Source: Ignicoccus hospitalis KIN4/I
Lineage (GTDB): Archaea; Thermoproteota; Thermoprotei_A; Sulfolobales; Ignicoccaceae
Assembly (NCBI RefSeq): GCF_000017945.1
Contig: NC_009776.1
Location: 390,001-422,000 of the forward strand
Length of the DNA stretch: 32,000 nucleotides
Direction: 5' to 3'
Part shown: positions 9,199 through 18,077 of the stretch, in pieces
Numbering within the stretch: position 1 is the stretch's first letter
How the letters are laid out: every line of letters begins with the position of its first letter
Translations under genes and position numbers: made by a program
The notes under the pieces: model-generated
What the model saw: only the letters and a program-made list of their open reading frames with translations
The model's database searches: none
What the model was told of the DNA's origin: nothing

Positions 9199-9969
9199 TT
9201 GTGTACGCTGGGTGTCGCCTTGAGCTTCGTGCCCCCCGACCACCCCAGGTTCCTTTCCCTAATGTATAGGGAGAGGCTGGTCGAGAAGTTCAAGGAAGGG
9301 GTAGTGGTCGCGCAAGGCTTGATAGCGCACGGGAGGGGAGAGGCCTTCGATTACATACTGGGCGAGCAGACCATCCCCCCGGCCTTGGAGGCCGAAAAGG
9401 CAGCAGCGGCGCTGCTCAAGCTGGCGCGCAAGCCGGTCATAAGCGTCAACGGGAACGCGGCCGCCTTGGTCCCCGGGGAGTTGGTGGAGCTCAGCAAGGC
9501 CCTAAACGCCCCCCTCGAGGTCAACTTGTTCTATAGGTCCGAGGAGAGGGCCAAGAGGATAGCTGAGCTCCTCAAGGCCCACGGGGCGGAGGAGGTCTTG
9601 TGGAGGCCCGACCAAGAGCTGCCGGGGCTTAGCTCCGAGAGGAGGAGGGTGAGCTCCAAGGGCATAGCCTCTGCTGACGTGGTGTTGGTGAGCTTGGAGG
9701 ACGGGGACCGCACGGAAGCGTTGAAGAGGAACGGGAAGAAGGTAATTGCAATAGACTTGAACCCTTTCTCGAGGACCTCCCTAACTGCCGACATAACTAT
9801 AGTTGACAACGTGATTAGGGCAATACCGAACATAACGAAGTTCGTAAAGGCTATGAGCGAGAGGGAGGCGGAGGAGGCTTTGGAGAGGTTCGACAACGCG
9901 AGGAACTTGAGGGAGGTGGTCAAATGGATAAAGAAGTGGCTGGATGCTAAGACTTCAGAGCTCCTCTAG
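9199..9969 (+). CDS. 4-phosphopantoate--beta-alanine ligase (archaeal phosphopantothenate synthetase)
   Basis: VPPDHPRFLSLMYRERLVEKFKEGVVVAQGLIAHGRGEAFDYILGEQT, VISVNGNAAALVP, IDLNPFSRTSLTADITIVDNVIRA. Confidence 0.88.
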   Translation: MCTLGVALSFVPPDHPRFLSLMYRERLVEKFKEGVVVAQGLIAHGRGEAFDYILGEQTIPPALEAEKAAAALLKLARKPVISVNGNAAALVPGELVELSKALNAPLEVNLFYRSEERAKRIAELLKAHGAEEVLWRPDQELPGLSSERRRVSSKGIASADVVLVSLEDGDRTEALKRNGKKVIAIDLNPFSRTSLTADITIVDNVIRAIPNITKFVKAMSEREAEEALERFDNARNLREVVKWIKKWLDAKTSELL

Positions 9970-10674
9970 GTGTTTTGCTACCTCCTCCACGGTGAGCTTC
10001 CTCGCGGTCTTGGTGTCCACCGGGACCACTGCAACTTCGTAAAGCTCCGGGTCCTTCTCGCTCTCCGACACTTGTAGGAACGCCTTGAGCACCAGTTTTA
10101 CCAACTCGTCCAAGCTCAGATCGTACTTATAGTTAGCTTCCAAGAATTCCATGAGGATGTGGTGGTTCTGGCCTATGGCCACCGCCTTGTAGCTCATGTA
10201 CTGTCCCGAGGGCTCCGTCATAAACACTTGGGGCTCGTCGTCCACGCCGGCTATTATCAAGGAAACCCCGAAGGGCCTCACTCCCCCGTGCTGGGTGTAC
10301 ACTTGCTTCAGGTCGCTGACTGCCTTGGTGACGTACTCCACCGGGGCGGGCTCGTCGTAGAGGAAGCGGTAGTTGAGGGCCGCCCTCCTGGCCACGTCCA
10401 CCAACACCCTCCCGTCGGCGGCCAAGCCGGCGAAGCTGGTAACTATGTGATCGTCGATGAAGTGTATCTTCTCAAGCTTGTCGAAGTCCACCAGAGTCTG
10501 CACCTTCTTCTTGGAGGCAGCTACGACGACGCCCTCCTTACACTTAGCGCCTATGGTGCTCCAGCCCCTCTTGACGGCCTCGAAGGCGTACTCCACTTGG
10601 TAGAGCTTGCCCTCGGGCGAGAACACGGTTATCGCTCTGTCGTAACCTAACTGGGAGGCCAGGCCGAACGCCAA
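9955..10674 (-). CDS. psmA: Proteasome alpha subunit
   Basis: GYDRAITVFSPEGKLYQVEYAFEAVKRGWSTIGAKCKEGVV N-terminal signature; TATA-like element (ataatttatactcg on minus strand) just upstream. Confidence 0.96.
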   Translation of the reverse strand: MAFGLASQLGYDRAITVFSPEGKLYQVEYAFEAVKRGWSTIGAKCKEGVVVAASKKKVQTLVDFDKLEKIHFIDDHIVTSFAGLAADGRVLVDVARRAALNYRFLYDEPAPVEYVTKAVSDLKQVYTQHGGVRPFGVSLIIAGVDDEPQVFMTEPSGQYMSYKAVAIGQNHHILMEFLEANYKYDLSLDELVKLVLKAFLQVSESEKDPELYEVAVVPVDTKTARKLTVEEVAKHLEEL

Positions 10675-10719
10675 CGCTCGTTACCCAAAAACGGGACGCG
10701 GGGGAACGAGTATAAATTA

Positions 10720-12339
10720 TCACGAGTGCAGCTTCTTCAAGAACTCCTCGCTGCCCGTGTCGGAAGTTAACTTGCTCACTACGATGCCGGCTATGAAGGA
10801 CGCCGGCACGCTGTACAGCGCGGGTTGTACGAGCACCGGTATAGGGCCTAAGGCCTTGGTGCCCGAAAGCCTCAGCAGCACGAAGAGGACCGACGTCAAG
10901 AGGCCAACCAGCATCGACGCCACCGCGCCGCTCCTAGTGAACTTGTCCCACCACAAGTTCATTATGAGCGTGGTCGCGAACGAGCTGGCAGCTATTCCGA
11001 AGGCCAACACCACTAGGTAGGAGACGTCGAAGCCCTTCAGGAGGAGGCCGCCCACTATCGCTACCGCCCCCACTCCCAAGGCCACCAACCTCGCGACGAA
11101 CAGCTGCTCCTCCTCGCTGGCCTTCCCCTTCCTCACTATGTTAGCGTACAAGTCGTAGGCGACGCTGTTCGTGGCGGCAACCATTAGCCCGCCCACGGTG
11201 GAGAGTATCGCAGCGAAGGCGCCGGCCGCCGCCAGTCCCATCAAGAGCTCCCCGCCCAGTAGCTTTCCGCTCATGACCACAGGCATGTTCTTCGCCCACG
11301 GCACGTAACCGGTAACCAGCCAGTTAGTGATTACGTAGAAGAGCGCCGTGCCGGCGGCGAAGCCCACGAATATAGAGAACAAGTAGAAGAGGCCTATGTT
11401 GAATATCGCCCCTACCGTACCCTTCCGGGCGTCGGAGGGCTTGGGGACGGTGTAGAAGTAGACCAGCACGTGCGGCAGGCCCACGGTGCCCATTATTATT
11501 CCCAAGGCGAGGCTGAACTGGTTCCACACGTCCCTCGCGAACGCGCCCGGCTGGGGGAGCCTCGGCAGTTCGGGGTTCTTTTGCAAGACTTCCTCCGCGG
11601 CCTTCAAGCTCTCTTGGAGGGCGGTCCTAAAGGTGATCTGGTTTACGTCTATCTCTTTGGGCTCGAAGTACTTCTTAGCTAAGGCCGGCGGGGGGACCTT
11701 CCAAGAGCTCTCCAGCAAGTTCGAAGGGCCACCGAAGGCGACCATGTAGGCCGCGAATATTAGCAACATGGAGAACCACAACACCAGCGCTTGGAACACT
11801 TGGCTGTACAAGGTGGACCTTATACCTCCCAACATCACCACGAGGACTACTATAGCACCCACCACGACTACTGCTACGTGGTAGGGCCAGTCTAGCAACA
11901 AGCTCATGAGGGAGCCGGCGCCTATCATTTGGGGAATCATGTAGAATACCGAGATGATCACCGTGGCTATCATCGCTAGCGCCCTGAGCTCCGGGGCGCC
12001 GGAGAACCTCTCGGTCAAGATGTCAGCGACTGTGAACTTTCCTACCTTCCTAATGTATTCCGCTGCCACGAGTAAGACCAAGACCCACCCGGCGAAGTAT
12101 CCTATGGGGTCCCAGACCCTATCCAGCCCGAAGTTGCTTATCCCCCCGGCGACGCCCAAGAAGGAGGCCGCGCTCAAGTAGTTAGAGGTCAAGGCCCACG
12201 CTATGAGTATCCAAGGCACGGAGCGTCCGGCGGCGTAGAAGTCTTGGACGCTCCTAACCCTCCGGTAGCTCCACCACGCGATGCCCATGGTAACTATGGC
12301 AACGATTATAACCATTATGAGAGCTACTACGGAGAACAT
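10720..12339 (-). CDS. Sodium/solute symporter (SSS family, acetate/ActP-like)
   Basis: ~13 TM; RSVQDFYAAGRSVPWILIAWALTSNYLSAASFLG, VVMLGGIRSTLYSQVFQALVLWFSMLL, AAGAFAAILSTVGGLMVAATNSVAYDLYAN. Start chosen at MFSVV, overlapping the upstream small ORF stop; track ORF reaches 12387. Confidence 0.88.
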   Translation of the reverse strand: MFSVVALIMVIIVAIVTMGIAWWSYRRVRSVQDFYAAGRSVPWILIAWALTSNYLSAASFLGVAGGISNFGLDRVWDPIGYFAGWVLVLLVAAEYIRKVGKFTVADILTERFSGAPELRALAMIATVIISVFYMIPQMIGAGSLMSLLLDWPYHVAVVVVGAIVVLVVMLGGIRSTLYSQVFQALVLWFSMLLIFAAYMVAFGGPSNLLESSWKVPPPALAKKYFEPKEIDVNQITFRTALQESLKAAEEVLQKNPELPRLPQPGAFARDVWNQFSLALGIIMGTVGLPHVLVYFYTVPKPSDARKGTVGAIFNIGLFYLFSIFVGFAAGTALFYVITNWLVTGYVPWAKNMPVVMSGKLLGGELLMGLAAAGAFAAILSTVGGLMVAATNSVAYDLYANIVRKGKASEEEQLFVARLVALGVGAVAIVGGLLLKGFDVSYLVVLAFGIAASSFATTLIMNLWWDKFTRSGAVASMLVGLLTSVLFVLLRLSGTKALGPIPVLVQPALYSVPASFIAGIVVSKLTSDTGSEEFLKKLHS

Positions 12340-12548
12340 CACTCCTCGCCCCCGGCCTTGAGCGCGTAATACGCTACCACGCCCCAAGTTATCGGGAACA
12401 TTAGGAGCGCGTAGGCCAAGCCCACCGAGAGGCCTCCGAAGAGCGGGGCGCCGGCGAGTCCCTTGAAGGCTCCGAAGAGCAATGCCATGCCGAAGTACAC
12501 TACTAAGTACGGCGCCAACAACTTCAGTATCAAGGCCCTCCTACTCAT
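12339..12548 (-). CDS. Small two-TM membrane protein, DUF485/DUF4212-like symporter partner
   Basis: 69 aa with two hydrophobic segments immediately upstream of and overlapping the SSS symporter. Confidence 0.6.
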   Translation of the reverse strand: MSRRALILKLLAPYLVVYFGMALLFGAFKGLAGAPLFGGLSVGLAYALLMFPITWGVVAYYALKAGGEE

Positions 12549-12627
12549 CCCTCACTCTCCTCGCAAGCTGTACTTTCTCTCCTACACTTAAATTCTCTAG
12601 TGTTGTAAGGATTGCGGGTAAGCGGGC

Positions 12628-13050
12628 TTGGTAGACTTCTTGTTGGCCTACGACGGCTCGTCCCCGGCGAAGAAGGCTCTGGAGGAGGCGGCGTGGCTGG
12701 CTAAAGAGCTAAAGGGCAAGGTCTACGTCCTCTACGTCGTAGACACCAACGCCCTCACCGAGGTCTTCCCCGATTACACCGGCGAGGTCGCTGAAATAGC
12801 ATTGAACAAGGCTAAGGAAGTGGTAAACGAGGCGGTGGAGGCGCTGAGGAAGGAGGGGGTAGAGGCGGAGGGGCTTGTGGAGGCCGGGAGCGTCGCGGAG
12901 AAGATCGTAGAGGTGGCAAAGTCTAAAAACGTGAAATATATAATAATGGGGGCCCACGGGTACAGCGGAATAAAGAAGCTCTTAATAGGTAGCGTTTCTG
13001 ACAAGGTGATAAGGCTCAGCGACAGGCCCGTCTTGGTGGTCAAAGGTTAA
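12628..13050 (+). CDS. Universal stress protein (UspA family)
   Basis: FLLAYDGSSPAKKALEEAAWLAKE... and ATP-binding IIMGAHGYSGIKKLLIGSVSDKVIRLSDRPVLVVK. Confidence 0.93.
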   Translation: MVDFLLAYDGSSPAKKALEEAAWLAKELKGKVYVLYVVDTNALTEVFPDYTGEVAEIALNKAKEVVNEAVEALRKEGVEAEGLVEAGSVAEKIVEVAKSKNVKYIIMGAHGYSGIKKLLIGSVSDKVIRLSDRPVLVVKG

Positions 13051-13135
13051 GGAGAAGCTTAAGGCCTTCGCGGAGCTCATCAGAATAGAACATACTCTCT
13101 TCAGCCTCCCCTTCGCCTACTCCGGAGCGGTACTC

Positions 13136-13915
13136 GTGAGGCCGCCGACCTTAAAGGAGGCGGTGCTCGTATTCACGGCCCTCTTCGGGATAAGGAGCTT
13201 CGCCCTGGCGGTTAACAATATAGTGGACATGGAGATAGACGCGAAGAACCCGAGGACCGCGAAGAGACCCTTGCCCAGCGGGAGGGTGAGCGTTAGGGAG
13301 GCGTGGGCCCTCGCCCTCGTCTCCTTATTTATATACTTCGTTTCCGCGTACTTGTTGAACGTGTACGCCCTCCTCCTCAGCCCGATATTCCCCATAATGG
13401 CCTACGTTTACCCTTACATAAAGAGAAAGTACCCGATAGCTCACTTCTGGCTCGGGAGCGTCCTGGGGGGCGCGGTGGTCGGGGGAGCGATAGCCGTTTC
13501 TGGCGACGCGCCCAGCTTGCTCCACGCCCTCCTCTCCGTCCCTTGGGCTTACGTAGCGGCGGTCGCTTGTTGGGTTGCCTCCTTCGACGTCTTGTACGCG
13601 GTCTTGGACGTGGAGTTCGACAGGAAAGAGGGGCTCCACAGCCTCCCGGCGGACTTCGGAGTGGAGAGGGCCTTGCGCGTGTCGAAGGCTTGCGCCCTCG
13701 CCTTCGCTTGGCTGGCTATATGGTCGGTGAAGCTCTACTCACTGAACGCGGCCTCCGCAGCCCTCACCGCCGCGGGCTTGGCATTGCTCTTCGAGCTCTT
13801 CGGGGAGGCGAGGAAGGACGTCGTAGGGGCGGCTAGGAGGAGCCTCGACGTCAACATATTGGTGGGACTAGCGGTGGGAGGAGCGCCGTTGCTCAAGCTC
13901 CTCCCCCTCCCGTGA
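13136..13915 (+). CDS. UbiA-family prenyltransferase (4-hydroxybenzoate polyprenyltransferase-like); true N-terminus lies upstream
   Basis: NNIVDMEIDAKNPRTAKRPLPSGRVS and DVLYAVLDVEFDRKEGLHSLPADFG; same frame encodes FAELIRIEHTLFSLPFAYSGAVLV upstream of the GTG at 13136. Confidence 0.85.
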   Translation: MRPPTLKEAVLVFTALFGIRSFALAVNNIVDMEIDAKNPRTAKRPLPSGRVSVREAWALALVSLFIYFVSAYLLNVYALLLSPIFPIMAYVYPYIKRKYPIAHFWLGSVLGGAVVGGAIAVSGDAPSLLHALLSVPWAYVAAVACWVASFDVLYAVLDVEFDRKEGLHSLPADFGVERALRVSKACALAFAWLAIWSVKLYSLNAASAALTAAGLALLFELFGEARKDVVGAARRSLDVNILVGLAVGGAPLLKLLPLP

Positions 13916-13983
13916 AACTGTTATAACACGCCCACTGAGATATTGGGGGTTCGCGTCCTAATCTTCCCTCCGGGTACGAAGGT

Positions 13984-14709
13984 ATGGAGTTGCTCGTAGG
14001 GGGGTGGAAGCCCTTCTCGCTGGTGGACGTCCAAGGAGCAATTACGTTCACAGTGTGGGCTTGCGGCTGTAACTTGAAGTGCCCGTTCTGCCACAACTGG
14101 AGGCAAGCGGAGTGGATGGACTGTGCCCCGTTCCTCGAGGAGAGGTTCTTGAACGACCTAATGGAGAGCAGAGAGTTCGTCGACTACGTCCACTTGACCG
14201 GCGGCGAGCCCACCTTACAGCCCGAGCTGGTGAAGAAGATATCTAGCTTGAGTAAGTCTAATGGCGTCCCATTCTCTCTCAACACCAACTGCACCACCAA
14301 GCAAGCCTTGGAACTGATACGCTTGGCCGACCACGTGGCGTTCGACGTGAAGGTACCCTTCCCCGCCCTCTCCGGCCTCGACGGGAAGGCCGGGGCCGTC
14401 TGGGAGACCTTCGAGAGGTGTACTGACGAGCTGGCCAAGAGCGGCAAGCCGGTCGAAATAAGGGTTCCGGTAGCCAAGGGCTTGACGAGTAAACACGTTG
14501 ACGTCGTAAAAAGAATAGTTTACAAGTTTGACCCAGAGAAGGCGAGGGTGGTGGTCAACCCCTTGGTCGGTCCCCCGCTGACCGAGCCCCGCGACGAGGG
14601 GTGGTGCAAGGAGCACTGCTACCCCGGGAGGATGGACGAGGAGGAGGAGCGCTTCTGGGCCTCCCAGTTCCCCGAGTACAAGGTAAAGGTGAAGCGCTGG
14701 ATAGAGTGA
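13984..14709 (+). CDS. Radical SAM activating enzyme, NrdG/PflA-like (anaerobic ribonucleotide reductase activator type)
   Basis: MELLVGGWKPFSLVDVQGAITFTVWACGCNLKCPFCHNW (CxxxCxxC), LTGGEPTLQ. Confidence 0.85.
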   Translation: MELLVGGWKPFSLVDVQGAITFTVWACGCNLKCPFCHNWRQAEWMDCAPFLEERFLNDLMESREFVDYVHLTGGEPTLQPELVKKISSLSKSNGVPFSLNTNCTTKQALELIRLADHVAFDVKVPFPALSGLDGKAGAVWETFERCTDELAKSGKPVEIRVPVAKGLTSKHVDVVKRIVYKFDPEKARVVVNPLVGPPLTEPRDEGWCKEHCYPGRMDEEEERFWASQFPEYKVKVKRWIE

Positions 14710-14840
14710 GTTAGGAATTCCGAACTGAACTGTCGTCGAACGCCTCTCCGGGCCTTTTGAGGTCGGGGGCCTTAGGGCGTCGTAAGCCGAACATCCTGAC
14801 TTTTTATGCAACCGTTCCCAGAACCTCACGGAAGAGAGCC

Positions 14841-15545
14841 ATGCCGGGACAGATCCCCCTGATAGGCGAGAAGCTTCCGGAGATGGTGGTTCACACCGAC
14901 CACGGCCCCAAGAAGCTCCCCGACGACTACAAGGGTAAGTGGCTGGTGATCTTCAGCCACCCCGCCGACTTCACGCCGGTATGTACCACCGAGTTCGTAG
15001 CGTTCGCGAAGAGGTACGAGGACTTCAAGAAGCTCAACACCGAGCTGCTGGGCCTCAGCGTGGACAACAGCTTCAGCCACATCAAGTGGAAGGAGTGGAT
15101 AAAGGAGAAGCTCAACGTCGAGATACCGTTCCCGATAATCGCCGACCCGCTGGGCCAAGTGGCCACCAAGCTAGGGATGCTCCACCCCGAGGGCGGCGTA
15201 GTGACTGTAAGGGCGGTGTTCATAGTTGACCCCGAAGGGAAGGTTAGGGCGATACTCTACTACCCGCTGAACGTCGGCAGGAACATAGACGAGATACTGA
15301 GGCTGCTGAAGGCGCTACAAGTGACCGACAAGCTCGGAAGGGCCACCCCGGCCAACTGGCCGTGCAACGAGATAGTCAAGGACCACGTGATAGTTCCGCC
15401 CGCATCCACCGAGCAGGAGGCGAAGGAGAGGTTGCAGAAGTACGAGTGCTTCGACTGGTGGTTCTGCCACGAGAAGGCCCCCGCGGAGGACGTGGAGGAG
15501 GCCAAGAAGTTCCTCGAGAGGCCCGCCAAGGAGCTCTGCAAGTAA
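14841..15545 (+). CDS. Peroxiredoxin (archaeal Prx6-like)
   Basis: [15 protein letters not shown] active site; ATG at 14841 preceded by ggaagagag. Track ORF starting 14757 adds an implausible leader. Confidence 0.95.
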   Translation: MPGQIPLIGEKLPEMVVHTDHGPKKLPDDYKGKWLVIFSHPADFTPVCTTEFVAFAKRYEDFKKLNTELLGLSVDNSFSHIKWKEWIKEKLNVEIPFPIIADPLGQVATKLGMLHPEGGVVTVRAVFIVDPEGKVRAILYYPLNVGRNIDEILRLLKALQVTDKLGRATPANWPCNEIVKDHVIVPPASTEQEAKERLQKYECFDWWFCHEKAPAEDVEEAKKFLERPAKELCK

Positions 15546-15623
15546 CTCCCGTTTTTTCTCACGTTTATCGTTTCCCTCCTATCCCGTTCGTTCAAGCGCG
15601 CTCCTCGATGAAGCCCCTTATCC

Positions 15624-15650
15624 CCTCACCGAAGGTCCCCTTCGGTGAGG
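15624..15650. other. Perfect 12-bp inverted repeat (stem CCTCACCGAAGG / loop TCC / CCTTCGGTGAGG) between prx and cmr operon
   Basis: Read directly: cctcaccgaagg tcc ccttcggtgagg. Confidence 0.8.
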
Positions 15651-15720
15651 AGTGCACCGGTTGCTGAGGGGTCGGAAGGCAATTATAGCTCACTAAAACG
15701 AGAACTGGTGGGAACTCATT

Positions 15721-16551
15721 GTGGCGGAGGAGCTTGTCCCAGCCCTCATGAGCGCCTTGACCCACGTCCACGTAGGCGCCGGGAGGAGCCCGGGGACGGT
15801 GGACCAACCAATAATTAAGGACCCTATGGGAATACCCTTCATCCCCGGCTCCTCTGTCAAGGGCGCGCTCAAGAGCGAGGCCTTGCTCTCGAGGGGCTGC
15901 GCGGAGTGCCCCAAGCCGGGGGAGGACGACGAGGAGTGCGAGAGGCTCTGCTGTCTCTTAGGCCCGGACGACGGGGAGAAGGGGGCCTCTAGGATAGTGG
16001 TCGCCGACTTCTACCCCCTCCTCGTCCCGCTCCCCTCCTTGGACAAGGGCTTCATTTACATAACTTCGGAATTGTTGTTGGGGCGCGCGGAGAGCGTGGG
16101 CTTAACCGAGGAGGCGTTGAAGGTAAGGGAACTCGGTGAGGAGAGGGTATTCGTGGGGACCGAGCCGTACGTCTTGAAGAAGGTGAAATTTGAGGGCGAG
16201 GCGGTCCTCTCCCTCCACCCGTTCTTAAAGAAGAGGGGCGGGGAGGCCTACTTGGTGGACGAGGAGAACTTGCCGCTGATGCTGGAAAAGTCCCTCATCA
16301 GGCTCACCAGAGTGAGCCTAGATAGGAAGACTAAGACCGCCGCGAGCGGGAGGCTCTGGACGGAGGAGTACTTGCCCCACGGGACCGTCTTGTCGGGGGC
16401 CTTCGCCTATAGGGGCTGGGAGAACGAGTACTGCCGCTCCGGAGGAGTTGGTAACTGGAAACGTCTCTTGGGCTTGGAAGGTCCCAAGTCGTTAGTCTTG
16501 GGCGGGAAGGAGACCGTCGGCAAGGGGCTGGTAAGGATAACGTTGGCTTGA
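15721..16551 (+). CDS. cmr4: CRISPR type III-B RAMP protein Cmr4 (Cas7 backbone)
   Basis: LTHVHVGAGRSPGTVDQPIIKDPMGIPFIPGSSVKGALKSEALL, GRLWTEEYLPHGTVLSGAF, LVLGGKETVGKGLVRITL; Asp28 is at the expected catalytic position. Confidence 0.93.
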   Translation: MAEELVPALMSALTHVHVGAGRSPGTVDQPIIKDPMGIPFIPGSSVKGALKSEALLSRGCAECPKPGEDDEECERLCCLLGPDDGEKGASRIVVADFYPLLVPLPSLDKGFIYITSELLLGRAESVGLTEEALKVRELGEERVFVGTEPYVLKKVKFEGEAVLSLHPFLKKRGGEAYLVDEENLPLMLEKSLIRLTRVSLDRKTKTAASGRLWTEEYLPHGTVLSGAFAYRGWENEYCRSGGVGNWKRLLGLEGPKSLVLGGKETVGKGLVRITLA

Positions 16552-16552
16552 G

Positions 16553-17170
16553 GTGATAGGGATGAGCCGGGCTGAGCGCCTCTCACCCGTGCACTTGGCG
16601 TTGGACCACATCATAAAGATAAACGAACTGTGGAGGGCCATCGTAGCTTCAGAGGAGATGAAGGAGAAGAACCTAGAGGGGTTCGTCCGGAGAGCTAGGC
16701 AGTACCCCTCCCTATTGGCCGCCTCAGGGCTGGTGCCCTCCGTAACGTTCTTCCTCTCCAAAATCATAGACAAGGACAACCCGGACGAGGCCCTGAGGCT
16801 CCTCGTGGAATACTTGACGGCTGAGGACGAGGACAAGGCGAAGGAGATAATGAATAAAATGAGGAGCGAGGCGGAAGCGCTCAACGCTTTGAAGGAGGAC
16901 GCGGGAAAGAAGGAGTCAGAGGGCTACTTGTGGTTCACCGGGGCCTTGCTGGCAGCGCTCTTCGCGTTCTCCGAAGCCGTGGGAATAAAGGTGCAACTGT
17001 CGGACGAGGAACGATTCGTACACGAGGTGGCGACCTTCCTGAGGGGCCTTCAAGAAGGCCGGAAGGAGGCCCTCGTCTTAGAGAGGCTTTTGTTAGAATA
17101 CTCTTCGGAGTTGAAGAACTTGGCTGCGGCTTACGCGGGAGCCGTCTGGGGTGCTAAGGGTGAGGGCTGA
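16553..17170 (+). CDS. cmr5: CRISPR type III-B small subunit Cmr5 (Cas11), long form
   Basis: All-helical 205 aa; FVRRARQYPSLLAASGLVPSVTFFLSK and EGYLWFTGALLAALFAFSEAVGIK; position between cmr4 and cmr6. Confidence 0.85.
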   Translation: MIGMSRAERLSPVHLALDHIIKINELWRAIVASEEMKEKNLEGFVRRARQYPSLLAASGLVPSVTFFLSKIIDKDNPDEALRLLVEYLTAEDEDKAKEIMNKMRSEAEALNALKEDAGKKESEGYLWFTGALLAALFAFSEAVGIKVQLSDEERFVHEVATFLRGLQEGRKEALVLERLLLEYSSELKNLAAAYAGAVWGAKGEG

Positions 17171-18071
17171 CCTAAAGGCAATTAAAAAATACGTGGACGA
17201 GGTACTGAAAGGAGTCACGCAGGAGAACATGAAGGTCTTGAAGAGGGCCGTGCTGGACGAGCTCCTCAAAATAGATAAGGAGTATTACGAGGAGGCCTTG
17301 AATCTCGCGAAGGAGCTGGCTGAGGCAGTGGAAAGGGGCTTCGAGAAGGCGAACTACTCAGTGGGCCGCTTGGACTTGGCACTTAAGACCGAGGGGCTCG
17401 TGGGCATAGGCTTCGGGGCCCTCAAGGCCGTGTTCGAGGTCGGGCTCAACGTGGACCCGATATTGGGCTTGCCCTACTACCCCGGCTCCGGCATCAAGGG
17501 GGCGGTCAGGGCGTTCTTGGAGGGCTGCGCCCCTTCAGAGGCGGTGGAGCCCTTGTTAGGCAAGAGCGTCGCAGAGGGAGGGCAAGCCTCTAAGGTGATA
17601 TTCGCGGACGCCTACCCGGTGGGGTGCGCGGGGAAGTGCTCCATATTCTACCCCCTGGTCACCACTCCCCACTACTTCGAAGGCGGAAAGGTCGTAGATA
17701 ACGAGCTGAAGGCCAAGCCCGTCCCGGTGGTATACGCCGGGATATCTAGGAACACGGTCTTCAGGCTAATAATAGCGGTGAGGAGGGACGAAGGGGTTAT
17801 AAAGGACGTTCAAAAGCTGAAGGACTCCTTGAAGGATGAGGGGGGCTGCAAGATCATCAAGGGAATATTGGAGAAGGTCCTCTCCTCCGGCGCGGAGGAC
17901 CCTAACCTGCCCTTGAAGGCTCTAGTCCTAATTACAGCTTACGTTATGAGGAGGGGCATAGCGGCCAGGTCGCAGAAGGGCTTCAACGTCTTCGAGCCGT
18001 TGGACAAGGACCTCACTTCCGACGTGGTGTACTGGTTCGACGTGGTGGGGCTTAGGTCCTCGAGAGGGTAG
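17151..18071 (+). CDS. cmr6: CRISPR type III-B RAMP protein Cmr6 (Cas7 family)
   Basis: GIGFGALKAVFEVGLNVDPILGLPYYPGSGIKGAVRAFLEG, VIFADAYP, PVPVVYAGI. Confidence 0.9.
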   Translation: MLRVRADLKAIKKYVDEVLKGVTQENMKVLKRAVLDELLKIDKEYYEEALNLAKELAEAVERGFEKANYSVGRLDLALKTEGLVGIGFGALKAVFEVGLNVDPILGLPYYPGSGIKGAVRAFLEGCAPSEAVEPLLGKSVAEGGQASKVIFADAYPVGCAGKCSIFYPLVTTPHYFEGGKVVDNELKAKPVPVVYAGISRNTVFRLIIAVRRDEGVIKDVQKLKDSLKDEGGCKIIKGILEKVLSSGAEDPNLPLKALVLITAYVMRRGIAARSQKGFNVFEPLDKDLTSDVVYWFDVVGLRSSRG

Positions 18072-18077
18072 GGACCC

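Noticed and set aside
14757-14840. N-terminal extension of the peroxiredoxin ORF
   Set aside because: [28 protein letters not shown] has no peroxiredoxin similarity, while ATG 14841 has a purine-rich site just upstream.
15592-15807. 71-aa minus-strand ORF covering the intergenic hairpin as a possible small regulator
   Set aside because: Overlaps cmr4 start, no hydrophobic or DNA-binding pattern, and the hairpin alone explains the notable sequence.
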